Shown here one piece after another: positions 47,032-61,600 of a stretch of 64,000 nt of DNA. A program made the position numbers and the translations under genes. Positions within the stretch are counted from its first letter, which is position 1. Every line of letters starts with the position of its first letter. The notes under the pieces were generated by a model that saw only the letters and a program-made list of their open reading frames with translations, ran no database searches and was not told where the DNA came from. Source of the DNA: Azolla caroliniana (lineage: Eukaryota; Plantae; Polypodiophyta); the NCBI GenBank assembly GCA_043228905.1, contig JBHGNT010000124.1, positions 9,255 to 73,254 of the forward strand, written 5' to 3'.

Positions 47032-50000
47032 CGCGCACACATGTATGTGGGCGCCATATTGGTAAGCCCATATGGATGTAGCTCTATTGGTATGGTTCTC
47101 CCTCCAATGGGAACCAAAAGGTCATGGCTTCAACACCTTACATTCAACAGTGGCATCGACTAAACCAAGAGGATATGTATGGAGTAATAGAGAGGTGAGA
47201 AAGAAGACCCAAAATGTAGGGTTAGTATTCTTACAACTTGTTGCTACTTTGGGTAAGCTAATTACGATAATGTGTGTGTGTGAGAGAGAGAGAGAGAGAA
47301 AGAGAGAGATGGGAATGGGCTTTTTGGATGTCTGGTTGATCATGTCGAGCATGTGCAATTGTGTGGGGTGTGTGTGTGTGAAAGAGCGAGAGATGGGCTT
47401 TTTAGATGTTTGGTTGATCATGACGGCCATGTGCAATGAACTTATTGAAATCCATCGATATCGCTCGCATTTTGACACATACTCAAATGTGATGGCAAGT
47501 TATCATGCTACCAACCAAATTCACCTATGTTGTTTGCATGTGAAATCCCCCAATAATCTCTCCATATGGGATAGATAACATATATCATTGATCTTCGATT
47601 GCACTCTCGTAAATTCAAGATTGTGTTACCCAATTCGAATATGTGTATTATGGATGGGGGGCCAAGTGTAAAAGGGGAATTTCTCACTTAGAACATTGTT
47701 GAGGACTAAAAACAAGCACGCATCTCACCAATTCTCCATGTCTTAGGAGATGAGTGTTGAAAAGGTCTAATTGCCAACACAAACCTCTTGTTAGGGAATT
47801 TGGCCTGCAAAGGATTACATGATTACTACATCATTCACAAAAAGCACACGGTGTACTTCTTTTACATATATAATAAAGGACATGCTACAAAAGTATCAAA
47901 GACCACACTCTTTATGAAAAGCAAAATGGTCACCATTTACACGGTTGTAATCAATGACACTACAGAAGAGCGAGCCAAAACTGAAATGTTATATTAATGT
48001 TTGCAAAATGCCGACATGGCCTCCAAGGCTGCAAGAATCACATCCTTGTGATATCTCATAAAATGTTTTATAGCAATTAAAAAAGAGAAGGAATTGTGAC
48101 TAGACGATGTTGTTTTGTCATAGTTCTCAAGGGGTCAATAGCATGTCTTTATGAGAGAGACTTTTCTTTTAATTCATCCTCAAAGGCAAAATACAACCTA
48201 CGACACCAAAGAGAGGTAGTTTAGATGTTGGTTCTTGCATACAAACCACACACAAGTGTTCCCTTGATCATGAATGAGTAGGGTAGGCCAAACAGACAGT
48301 AAATTGAATATACTAGTTATGGCCATAGTCGTGAATTTGAGAGTTTAAAAATCCTTGAATAGTTATCAAACGACCATCTTATACCACCTATTTATCATTC
48401 TCTTAGATTGTTTATTTCAATGGCGTAATTCTTCAGTTCTATTAGTTTAACCTCCTAAGGAATCCAAAACTCGGTCTTTCAAGCATTGTGTTTATTGGAG
48501 GAGTCAAATTCAAATCATTGCCTTCCGGTTTAAGGACAACATATCACCAATGAAAGATTAGTTTGTTTTCCGCGTTGCATTTCATCACAATCTATTGTCC
48601 CAATGTGTGTTTGTCAAGAAATTTGATAATACACAACCACAATCAACTTCTTTATGTAATGATATTTCATAATTGCTAAAACAGTCCTTTAGAGTGGCCG
48701 TAGCAACCAATACCACGATGGCATCGAGAGTGGTAAGATTGAATATGAAGAATGTTATTTTTATTTCAACATAGAAGAGGAATAATGGGTTAAACTTCAA
48801 CATAGATGAGGATCTAGCCTTCATTGCTCAATTGAATAGACCCTCTTTCAAATGCAGAGGGGATTGCTCTTCCATGGTTTAATAAGGGATGCTTTTATAT
48901 AAATACAAGCAATTGGAATTGTTCATAACTTTGGTGGTTCACATTTTGATCTTTGGTATACTAATGCATATGGTTAGGGCTTTGGCCTCTAGATGCATTC
49001 CTATGTGGGGCATATCCAATGCTTATCCGCACACTGTGTGCGTGTGCATGTGTGTTGGTGTGTAAACACATAGAACATTGGTATTATTGTTGTTTTTATT
49101 GAATTTTTCAATGGATGAATTCTAAGAGTAGTGAAGTGACAAGGATTGTTGTCACATGACACAAAAGAGACTCTACTCTAGACTCATAATACTATGTTGA
49201 CCAGAACACCCCCATATAACCTTGGCGAAAGAGTTCTACCCCACTTTGCAGGATGCGAACCGTGATGTGCGTCCATGTGGTATATTTAAATTTTAAACCT
49301 TGTCGTCTTGGTATTGGCCATGTAGTCATGCAACCTTACATTAACGAATATTGAGTGTGAAACTGAATAGCTCAACAATGGTTGTAGTCCTAAAGTGCAG
49401 ACAAAGTGATGAAGTCCGATAGTTTAATATTATTTTTAGACCGATGGTGTAAAACAACATGTCTACTCAAAGTCATCACGAAGCCAAAGATGCTTATATT
49501 TATAGTCTTCAACACGTTAAAAAAAACTTCAATTTTAGTACATAGTTTAAAGTGATGAATGCATCCGCGGATCATGATCAAGAAGAAATGACAAGGAGGT
49601 AAGATGTCAACATCGTCACTTTACAGTATCGCAAATTGAATACATTTTGCACACACATACTTCAGTGTTGATGGCCACACAATATGTAGGGCGGCAACTT
49701 TTGGGAGCATTATGATTTAAATGATAATGCGAATATTTAAGAGCTAAAGAGAATATGACATGCATCATATAGCCATATGTGCATGATCTACAACATTCAA
49801 CAAACACGTCCACATTACAACTATGTATGTTAGGCAACAACCACGTTTTTTGAGCACTGTGATTAAAATGATGGCGTAAAATATTTAAGGGCTAAAGGGC
49901 GAATGATTTGAATTGGATAGGCTTGTGCACATTATTGACGACATTCGACTCCACGTGTATTTACAATATGTTTTTTTCAATGTGCTAAGGAAGGGAGGTG

Positions 50001-51794
50001 TAACTATATCCTCCTTTGCAGGCATTTCGAGAACGCGACCTTACAAGCAAGTTGTATAACCATCAACATTTTCTATCTTGTTGAATCACATATATTGTGA
50101 AGGGTTTCTTTGAAGGTTCAAGGGATCACATTCCTTTAGTGTCTTTGAGCATATCCCAGTGTTTATCAACCAAAGTTCCATATTCCTTATGAAGGATATT
50201 CAAATAGAAAATATTTTTGTATTCTAAGGATAATGATTTCGGTATCTTTTCATAGAAGCAAAACTCCCTTTGGAAATGAATCACTTCTAATATAAGCTAG
50301 TAATAAAGTATCTTTGACTCATTTTGTATTGATGAACGCAATCAAACATACTTTCCCCTTAACTATATCAATAAATATGGTGAATTGTGCGTATAAATAC
50401 GGTCAATAGACGAACATGGCCAAATGTTGAAAGCTTTTAAACAATGGCACCTACTATTGGTTTTTATAAAATATGTTGTTGTTATTGTATTGATCGTGCT
50501 AGGGACATAACAAGCATATCAATCAGAACTATAAATGAAACCATCATTCTCGAGCTAATTAATCATCAATGGCCATTGAATCAGTTGAACTTCGACCAAG
50601 TCTAGTTTATTGTTACTTGGAATTCAAAACACGTGTACTTGTTCAAGTTTTAACAAATGAGGTCGGATTCAAGCTAATACCATTAAAATAGTATCATTTT
50701 AAGTTATAATACATTACTTGAAGCACATGAGCACCTCACCTCTTTTTTTTATGAAAGGGTGTGGCAATATGCCCTCCATTTTTGGACCTTTCTTGTCCAA
50801 ACCCCATTGCCCAATCAAATGCATAAATGACACCATTGTCTTACATTCACCTAGGTAATGTACTAACACAAATTATTAAGTTTTTTATAGGGTTGTTGAA
50901 GGGATACATGTATATAGTGTGAAAACATTTGAACGAGTAAATGTACATGGAGAGAGGCAGTAGTACATAATGGTTTTATGTCCTCGAAAATATTTCTTTG
51001 ATAGTATGTTTTTGTCCCCCTTTAGAAATTGAGCCATACGTTTACAAAGAAATACGTGAGAACCAAGTGGACATTTCAAAATCTTGGCAATATATATTAG
51101 CTTTTGATGTTTTACGATTACGATTAACTGTTATTATTATTGTGATGATGACCATAGTTCGTTTTGTAATGGACATGTATAATTTGCTTCATCCGAAGTG
51201 TTACAGATGCGATGACAAGCCACTTACATGTGATTTTCGAGCACATACAAAGTAGATGCGCATATGTAGCACATACAAATACATGTCAAGCAAGCAAGTG
51301 TAATTAAGAGGCCTCTTTTAAAAAGAAAAAGAAAAGACAACACAACTTCCATGATCCGTGCATTAATTAACAATCAATAGTAACAAAAACTGAACAAAAT
51401 GACATGTGTCACGCTCTAATTTGGCAAGGAATATGCTTTGATAGAAGAGAATGCAAAAACCAAAGGCATTAAAAGAAACTTTGATGACAAAACCAAAAGT
51501 TGTTCTCTTCCTTCTTCTTCAATTCTTTTAGATTTTATACCACCCCAACCCCCCAATTAATTTCCCCATCAAATGTGTTTTTTTAGAATTTCTACCGTTT
51601 CCAAAATTAGTTTTGTTTTTTTAGAGATGCCCAAATAAATGAAAAGAAGAAAAGCATTAGTGTAAGTAACCACGTATGTGGGTTCATGCATTAAAAGGTA
51701 ACAACTACTCATGTGACTCAAACAAAAACATTCATCATTTTCTTTGACACCCATCCCAAGTTGTATCCTCATCCATTCCAAGAGGTCTCTGGAG

Positions 51795-54549
51795 ATGGTT
51801 GTTGGGCATTATGGCACCCACTCCCGCGGCATCACCACCACCACCACCGGTAACCCTTGTCACCCTCACTCACTTACTCATTACCCTCCTAATCTTGTCT
51901 CTTCACCCGAATTCATTTTTTATTCAACATTAAAATTATTCACTATATATCCTAATTCTTAACATTCTCAGAGTGTATTTTGGTTAGGGTTTGATACATC
52001 ATACATTTTGCTTTAATGCTTGCATGGCGTTTGATTATGTAATTTCTTAACATTCTCTGAGTGTGTGTTGGTTAGGGTTTGATATATCATACATTTGCAT
52101 TAATGCTTGTGCGGTGTTTGATTGTGTGTCCATGTCTTTCGATCATTTTTTGTACAATTTACTACGCGGTGTAATTCTTAACATTCTCTGAGTGTGTGTT
52201 GGTTATGCTTTAGTACATTGTACATTTGGTTTAACTTGTGCACGACGTTTATTGTGTGTGATCTCTTCCATACATTTTTTGTGCAATTCGCTACATAATG
52301 GAGTTCTTAACATTCTCTGAGACCATGTTGGTTACGGTTTGATACATTATACATTTGATTTAACTCTTGTGTGGCGTTTGATTGTGTGTCCATTTCTTTC
52401 TTGCATTTTTGTACAATTTAATGAACTTCGCCCTTGGTGATATGAACGCCTCCAACGACCAACATCACACCCCACTATGACTAAATTAAATAAGTTTAAT
52501 GAACATACATGTCAACAAGCGAGAAGATAGAATGTAGAAAATGAGAATGCCAACTAGGGTTTAGTGTTTATGTTCGATAATATGGTTCTCCTAGTTGCTT
52601 GGAGCTTACAAATAACTGCTCAAATGTCTCGATACACAACTTATGCATCATTTTTTCTTGCAATTCCACCCTATGTGAAGACCTATTTCATGTTCCCCAC
52701 TTGATGCTTTGGAAAGAGAGATGATGATAATGATTAATTATTGTTCGTTAGAGGCCATTAAGCATGTGGTAAGGACTTAGGGTTTGATTTGACAAATTAC
52801 ATCAAGGAGATGTGGTATGTTGATGCATTGCATAACCTATCCAAAAGGCAAGGCTCCATTAAAGTGTTATCATTTTATTTTAGGTGTTTATGCTCACACA
52901 TACTTTGAGTCTATATGTATTTGTTACCCATTAGTAATCTCGAAACTTTGTAAACTTTTGTTCTTCATAGGCATATAATGTTACGTGAAATCTGGATGCC
53001 CTTTTGTGACGACTAATATATATAATCTCTAAATTGTTTATTAAGAGAGAATGCATTGTATGGTTTATCCACAACAAATGACCTAAATAAGCACCATGCT
53101 TTGTTGTTTATGAACATTTGAGTATGTATTGCCTCTTCAACTTCAATAATTCCCATTCGTAAGATGCCGAATTACTCCTAGCTCTACACATAATCACAAG
53201 CTAAAGTAAAAGAAAACATATCAAATTGTAACCATCAAAAAAAGTTTAGTTGTTCATTTGTGTTTTTCTTATGTGATTGGGTGAAATCTTCGTGTACAAA
53301 ACAACAAATCCGCTAGAAGAGGCACTTGCCAAAGTTAATCAGTACAAAACGTTTTCATACATCAAAGCTTGGGAAGATAAGGAGAGAGCAAGTGCCAACA
53401 ATAGGTAAACAAATCAATTTCTTACTCATAACATGTTTGTTCATTGTTTCCTCCATTTATTAATACACATATTTGACCTCAACTGAAATAAATTGACAAT
53501 ACCTTTGATAGGTTCGAAAAGGCAGCAACTAAAGTAGAGTCTTGGGAAAATGGTCAAAAGGTTGCAATTGAATCAAGGGCAAGACAATCTATTGTAATTT
53601 TCAACACTTGTGGACACTTCATAAGTTTGACATAATCACATAGCAATGTGTGTGCTCACCAATAATACCATATAACGTTGTTTCAACTTCAATAATTGGA
53701 TGCCAATGAATGCCTATATTTGATTGGCAAATAAGGATTTGCAACCCAATGTTTGCACGAACACAGACAAACCCATGGACTCAAAAATCGGCTTGCAACA
53801 AAGTAGATTCTCCCTCACAAACAAATAGATTTACCAAGCCACTATGTATGGCTGGGGCTTGGGTTCTACAATCATCTAGCACTAATTACAAATTGTTCAT
53901 CATCCCACTTAGCATCTCGTCTTTTAGCCTCTAGCACGAGCTTATACACATGACTCCAATTTAAACTGCAATAAATGTGATATGGTAACTTTGTATTGGC
54001 CTTAGTGCCCTTACAATGAATCCATTTAATGCCAAGAGTATATGGTACGAACTCGAGGAGGGGGAGTTTGCTTTATTTATCGACCCTAATTATGGATGAC
54101 CTTGGGAGTATATGATTGTACAAAGGGACACACATATATATCCATCTATTATTACTAGTCCTAAGCGACGTTTCATGCCATCAACAATCATCCAAAGAAG
54201 GCGTGGCGTGCACGTATATTGCACGATCATAATATTTATGAATTGCCAAAATGTATATGCACAATTTATTTTTTTGTTTAGGTAGTAAAATATTATATGT
54301 TACAACGTGACACTCTTTTGCTAACATAGCCCTAACATATAGGAAGACTTGGAGAGGAAAAGGGCTGCCATACTAGAGAGAATGAGAAATGAAAGTGCAG
54401 AGGTTCATAGGGTGGCCCAACAAAAGATGGCAAAAGCAGAAGCTCAAAGACGGCAAGAATATGTGAGAATTGATGAAGAGGCAACTCGATATCGTAATGA
54501 AGGGCAAAAGCCAGTAAAAAATCTCATATGTTTTGAATTTTGCTCATGA
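51795..54549 (+). CDS. Remorin family protein (spliced)
   Basis: Exons ~53317-53404, 53512-53593 and 54343-54549 join in frame with GT-AG introns to give IKAWEDKERASANNRFEKAATKVESWEN...EDLERKRAAILERMRNE...AEAQR...CFEFCS, the Remorin_C pattern with terminal Cys. First exon (51795 or 51811 to 51849) and exon 2 acceptor are uncertain. Confidence 0.85.
51954..52420 (+). repeat. Four diverged tandem repeats (~90-130 bp) in the putative first remorin intron
   Basis: TTCTTAACATTCTC(A/T)GAG...TTGGTTA...TACATTT recurs near 51956, 52044, 52175 and 52304. Confidence 0.8.
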
Positions 54550-55332
54550 TGAAGCTACAATATACTCTCATCCTAGAAGGAAGATCCATATTCTAGCCAT
54601 GGGTAATATAATCTCCAAAAGAACTCTTGCAACATTTAATGTAATATTGTGAAGAATGTATATAAAATATTGTAAGGACGTTGCTTCATACTGTGCAATC
54701 ATTGTGTGTGTGTATTTGTTTTCCATGCTCGAGCAACAAGCTAATATGCAAAGCAACATAAAAGTCCAAAAGTATGAAGTGCAAAATTAAAATGAGAATG
54801 CATGAGCACCATGACTTCAAATATTAGTTGATACTAATCCATATATACACCTGCTTGAGGAATTTAAATTACAATTAATCATGAAAGAAATACATAAGTC
54901 ATAAATCTTTAAATATCTTTACCATATATTTTCAGACTTGAAATTTATACTTCCAAAGTTCCAATACCCTTAAGTCTCTATAGAAAGGTTCTCATGCAAC
55001 AAAAGACTTTCAAGCTCAATCACATGTTTCTTTGTGCATGTTTTTGTTTCAATGTGTCCACATCTCACTTCAACACGCGATCTCCATGAGATTCAATTTT
55101 GAATAATTTCATTATGAAAATTACGACAATGTCATAGATTTGGTCTTGTTTTCAATACAAATGTTGAGACCAAGTAACTCCCCTTAAAGCTCATCAGAGA
55201 GAGGTTGGGGAATTTTCAATTACTTGTAAACTACAAGTATCATGGCACCTTCATACAATAAAAAGTACGAATAATATTCTATCATAACATATATGGGATA
55301 GCTTTTCAATCAAGGCTTCCAATCTACCTATG

Positions 55333-55535
55333 GTTTGGAAGCAAAAAAAAAGATATAACTATAGGTTAACCTTGTGAATTAGGTTTCATAATGTGTACGA
55401 AAGATGATTCCGAAGTGGACTAACCTATACAAGTTTAGATTGGAAGCATAAAAAGAAGAGATAACTTTAGGTTAACCTTGTGAATTAGGTTTCACAATGT
55501 CTACAAAAGACAGAATTGGACGAACCTATACAAGT
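55333..55535 (+). repeat. ~105-bp tandem duplication
   Basis: TTGGAAGCA...TAGGTTAACCTTGTGAATTAGGTTTCA...AACCTATACAAGTT occurs twice. Confidence 0.75.
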
Positions 55536-55699
55536 TACCAATACCACCAAGATGAAGAAAAGAAGAAATTTCATCTTGCTCTACACGGAAATTTATGCCT
55601 TGAAATATCCTTTTGTAAGGGGCTCTTTGATAACTTTTCTAGTGCGAGGAAATTGATCATGTAAATAGAAAAATATTGCTTCCTCTAATCTCTTGCATC

Positions 55700-58600
55700 T
55701 TGGATACAAAGAATATAGCAATGTTGCGTCCTTCATTCATGATACTCAACTCAATACGGATGGTCGAGAGTCGAAACAATACATCCAGATGGCTCCTTCT
55801 CTAGAAATATGGGCTGAACCTCATGGCATTCAAACATCACACCAACAACATTATGTTATGATATTATATATCTACTCAAGAAACTTCGACATTAACAACA
55901 CTTACATTAAGAATGGCGATGATTGTTGTTCATCAGCATTATCCGTAGAGTGTGACATCAAGAAGACCAAAAAGGACTTTCGGTAACCTTGGATGGGTGA
56001 ATTTTATTGCAATCCTTGGTTTTTCTTATTGTGAGAACTTGTAACCTTGAGCGCAAGAGGACGTTGGCACACAATATAAGAGCACATAACAAGGAATTTG
56101 CCATAATGATGGAACATGTGACTTACTACATACATATCTTCGATATGAGATTACTGTCAAGAACATAGTTATACCTTATAGGATGATCACCTAATAGGCT
56201 AGTCTTTCCCTCATTTCGGTTATGTTTTTTTCCTTGGGACAAAATGTATATAAAAGCCTTTTGACGTTTGCTTACATCAAGAAATCCTGCAGATTTCTTG
56301 AAACTTGGTTGGACTCCCAACATTTGCCCCACATGATATGACAGAAGTGAAGGTGTGACTTAACACTGAAAAACATACGTTATAACTGCACTAATAGAAT
56401 AGGCTAGGCTTGAGGTTCAACAACAAAGTTTAAGCCTACATTCAAGGATGATGAAGTTAAGGTTAAGAGAATGCCAATTAGTACATGATTGCGAAATTTA
56501 AGGTTCACAAACAAAATGCTTACTTAAAGTTCAGAATCATGATTGATCCTACAAAGAAATTATAGTACCATTGAAATAGAATAAGACATTAATCATGATG
56601 AGCAAATTTGAAAACAGCACTGGAATTTAGAAGCATTCTTAACCACCAATTTAACAAAACAGCATTCAGTCATTAGGGTTTGTCCGAGGTATAATGCAAA
56701 GGAACAGGTCTCATAGTTTCAGACAAGATTTGGGCATTATGATGTAACTTGTTGGTTTCCTACCTATATCAAAGCAAATGTAGTGAACAACTTTTCTTTA
56801 GATCCAAGAATCAAGGCATGGAAAGTGCCTTGGGCTTTTCTGATCAAGCATCATGAGGACTCAAGGAGAATGAAAGATTGAGATAACATTTTAAGGGATC
56901 CACAAAGCACATACATAAGAAATGAGTGGATCATGCGTGATGCAATTGTACATGTAAACAAAGCTTTCAATAGTGAATCCATGTTTCTCGTGTGATCAAA
57001 GGTTTCAATAAAGAGGGGATGAGGAAAGCAAGCTAAAATGGTGCATAAAGTAGCCAGCCCGCATACTATAATACTCAAAAGGAAATAAGATTGTGATATT
57101 GATCTAACCACAAAAGCTCCACGAAGTTTGATTCAAATCACTAATCCCCATTTCAGAATAATCGAGTAGATGATTAGGTACTCCGAAACGAAATTATCAT
57201 CTGACCCTATGCGGAGGAGAAATTAACAGTAGGAATTTTCAACCTCTAGAGCTTTTTGTGCTGAAGGTAAGCTTCGTTATGCCTATGAACATGCCGCCTG
57301 TACTAATAGATCCAGACGAATAATCAAATAGAAATGATAAACAATTAGTTCGATTCAGACATCCTAACTAAATTGATTCCTAACTGGACGATAGTGTATT
57401 GGCATGGATTCTTTTAGAATTGTAGAGCATTGACCTACCCTTCATCAATTGCTCGCTTATTAGTCGGTAGGCCTTAACTTTATAGAATAATCATAAGGTT
57501 ATTACTTGCTAATTGTGGTTCTGATTAGAAGGCTGGCATGTGTTTCTGCGTCAAATCAGACAAGTATTTAATGCTAAGTTTGCGTCTAATTAAGTTAGAG
57601 GCAATCCTTTTGCAGGCATGCACCGATGATTCTTCGACGCTTTAGTTTCTAAATTATCTTCTAAATAGAAAGCGGTTCTGCCTGAATCAGGAGAATTAAG
57701 GTTGAAAAATTACTCACCTTCTTTTCAAGCTTATTCCATTATTGCTAAATTAATCAAGATTATCACGTGAAAAACTGTGATTATTTTAGGTTAATGCTGT
57801 GATTATTAAGATTATCACGGGTTAAAGCTAATGCTGTGATTATCTTAGGTTAATTAAGCACATTGGATTCCTAATTTGTTGAGTACTTTAGCTTACTTTT
57901 GGGCATAATCTTAGATTTGCATGTAATTAGAAAGCGGGTCTGCCTGAATAATTAGTCACCTTCTTGTGAAGCTTCTTCCATTCGATCCTAAATAGATCAA
58001 GATTATCGAGAGAATTGTGATTATATGTAATGTATGGATGTATGGATTCCTACATTGTTGCCTACTTTGCTTAATTGTGGGCATAATCTTTGCGTTTCTT
58101 GTAAATAGGAGGGCTTTTTCACAAGGACAGATGCAAATAAACAAGCACGCTCTATTTAAATATGTGAGCTGACATGTGCATAAGCATATTTTGGTATTTG
58201 TTTTATACAATTTATACAATGCATTATAGTATATTTTTCTGAACTATCCTCATTATGTCAGGACTCAGCAAAATCTGTAAATGATGTGAAAACAATAATT
58301 ATATTATCCTTTTACCTTATGAATAGTTTATCAGGATTCAGGAACCAGGATGCTCCAAAAGGATATGTATGTGAATGCAAAGAACTAGATGAAAGGATAA
58401 AATAAAGGTGTACTTAAAAAATCAATCTTAATTCTGTGGCTCTAAATGTCTGTCTTTCATGGCCTTATGTCCAACCGTGCAGAATGCATGAAATATCGCC
58501 ACAGCTCCAAATACAATAATTAAAACAGAAGAAAACATCACTTACTTTTTTGTCCCTGAAGTAATTATAGTCGCATCTAGTGAAGAAGGAACCATTAATG

Positions 58601-61600
58601 AAACCATAAGCCTGACCTTGAAAGGACAAATTAAAGCCATTGATTGCCATTGCAGCATCATCAAGATTCTCGCTGCTCCTGTATGAAAATAAAAACTTGA
58701 ACTGTATACAACAGATTAATTATTCTAGCAGTCGAATTCCCTATAATAATTCTCACAATAAATGAAAATGATTGTATCATTACTCTACTCTAAGAGCAGG
58801 TATCAGTATGTATATCCTACCGACTCCGAGTAATAATAACAATATACATACAAAGGTATATTGCATTTACCCATAAACAGGACATATACTTTATGCCAAT
58901 TAATGGCGCACTCTTTTCTGCTCATTTTCTATTGTATCATAATTTGACGAACATAAGCAATAATTTGAGGGAGATATAAAAAACCGTAGTTACATACGAA
59001 ACAGTTATGAATTACATATAGTAGTTCTTCTTTTCCAAAAGCTTTAATAGCAGCAGTGCAATAGAACTGCATTGTTTTGGGTGGGGGGGTGCATAAACTG
59101 CAATGAATGAAATGTTTGGATTACAAAGAGAAACCATCCTCCCTTAGACCAAAAGCGATATTATGTGGCCGCATGATCTATGGTGGGAATGCAGTGCAAT
59201 ATTGGTATACTATCCACAATAGAAACTAGTAAACCTTTCACGGTGGTGCTTCAGTTCAAATGCAATGGTGCAAGATACCAGGTGAGAACTAAATTGTTTT
59301 AGATTAGAACTCGAAAGAGTAAGTTTCCATTCCAAAAGCTTTAAAAGTAGCGCCTGCACCTGCCTGATATACATACATATATTCATTCATGCAGGACTCA
59401 GGAGGGAATGAAACGCAATCACTAGTACAGAATAAATTGAAACTCGAACTATGCTTAGATTGCGATTCATAAACCAAGTATGTATACAGGCTTCCGTAAC
59501 AAAAGCTTTAAAAGCATTGATGTAGTGATATATTGCATCAATGCAGGTGGGAATGTAGTGCAATGAATGCTCCAATATACTAGATAGATTTAACTATCAG
59601 ATGAAGATTTAGATTATTACCCTTATTTCTTGAAAAGGGATAGATGATGAGGGTAGAGCGTGAATCTTCATGATGCTTCAATTGCAATCATAGACCGAAT
59701 GTTCAAGAATACTGCAATACCATATTATTCCCTGATAATTCCACGACTACAGAACAATCGTTGCAAGCTTCTGTATATTTAGAAAATTCTCTCCCTCTCC
59801 TCTCTCTCTCTCTCTCTCTCTCCCTCTGTCAGTAATTCATTCATTGCATACAGAAACGCGTTCTTTTAATATGCTTACCGAACTTCAGAATGCAGATAGC
59901 ATGATTAATTCACAAAAGACAACTGACATGAAGATTGTGCAGCTGTAGTACAAAAGGCATTTTAGGAGAAAGCAATATGCTTTAACAGTATGGAAGGAAT
60001 GGGCTTGTATTGATAGCCTGAGCGAGTAAAAATTTCTTTTCGATATGCAGACGGAGAGAGAGAGAAAGAAAAGAAACTTTTGTATGAAAACGAAAGAACT
60101 AAAAAGGTAGTAATATTCACCCGTGCTCTGACAAGAAAAAGAAGAAGAGAAAAGCTCTTCTTGAATTTTACGATCAGATCATTTGTATCATTTGTAGCAG
60201 ACAAAAATGATTAGTTAATGAATGACACGAAGCAGCAATTTGCACCTCGAGAAGGATCACGGCATTTCATCTCTTTAAATTTGGAAGTTACTAGCTTCTG
60301 CGAACTGCACGTATCAGGAGGAGGCAAAATGAAAAACAATGTGAAAACTTGCGAGGTCTCCTGATATATATACATATGGCTGTTGCAAAAAACAGCAGAA
60401 ATGTTGCAAAAATGGTCTGCGGTGATTATAATTTTTTGCAAAACTGCAACTCTGAGAGCAGTCGAGATAAATGGTTTTACAACTGTACTACTTCCGCAGT
60501 CATTTGCAAAACATGAGCAGACTGCATGAGAATTTTTGCAATTTTTACTATGAATTGCAAGTAAAACAAGTGTAATATATGTAAGGATGTACACTCTGCA
60601 ATTTGAAAGGCTGCAGGTTGCATTTAATTATGGATCTCTTAGAACTGATGAGTTAACAAAGAATTTAAAAATAATTAAATACAGGATGGCACAACCTGCA
60701 TGGATTGTAGCTGAATAAACCTTCCATTTTCCAATCGCAGGTTATGTTGTTTAATAAGCGCAGATAAATATCGAGGTTTCCACAGGACGTTTCACAATGG
60801 AACGCCCAAGTAACTAATTTGGTAAAAACAATTAAATTAAAGTGTTGCACGAATGGTGGATGATTATTAACTAATTAGCAATGGTAATCAGCACGTAAAT
60901 GCAGACGTTGAACGTGTTATATATGTATGCTCAAATTCAAATTTGGTATCCGTATTATTCAATCTCTGGCTTAACCTCCAGTTATCTTCCAACTGAAACT
61001 TTAGGATTTTCAAACAAATTCGGTGATGATTTTGGCTCTAAATCATAAATGCGCTCTCTATTATCAACGGAATTTTTTACCTCGCTGCATCTTTCCCCCA
61101 AAATTCACAGACAACTGAATTCATGCATTACTGTAGCAACTGAATTTAAAACATTAGTACTGTGAATTACGAAAGTATGCTTACACGTTTTTATTATTTC
61201 CGAATTTACTCCTAATTCAGTTTTCTATTCCAGGCTTATAACTCCTATGTGGTTCGTTAATTCATATGTTTTACCCTACAATAGAAACCAGAGAGACGTT
61301 CAACTTGTATGCATATCAGGTGGAACCTCTGTTCGGTTCATCGTTATGCATTACAGATATATCATAGCTCAAATTCTGCTATTTAGAATTGTATTACCAC
61401 TGTTTCCCTTCCTCTATCTGGTGTGTCTTTCTAACTAAATCAGATAGGTTTTCCACGCTGTACTGGAGCAGGTTACCTTTTAAAGAACAGAAAAATGAGA
61501 ACGAAAACAGCAAATTATTGGTAATACAGTTCAAAATTCCTACTATTTAGTAATAAGCCATTACAACAATTTCGTGCATCTTTCTCGCCAATCATATATT

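Noticed and set aside
47600-51500. Short ORFs and possible decayed transposon fragments
   Set aside because: AT-rich intergenic sequence without motifs I can support.
51954-52420. Repeat array resembling CRISPR spacing
   Set aside because: Whole units are homologous with no unique spacers, in a eukaryotic intron with no cas genes.
56440-57700. Possible C/D-box snoRNAs (TGATGA and CTGA motifs)
   Set aside because: Box spacing and terminal stems are unconvincing and no rRNA-complementary guide was recognised.
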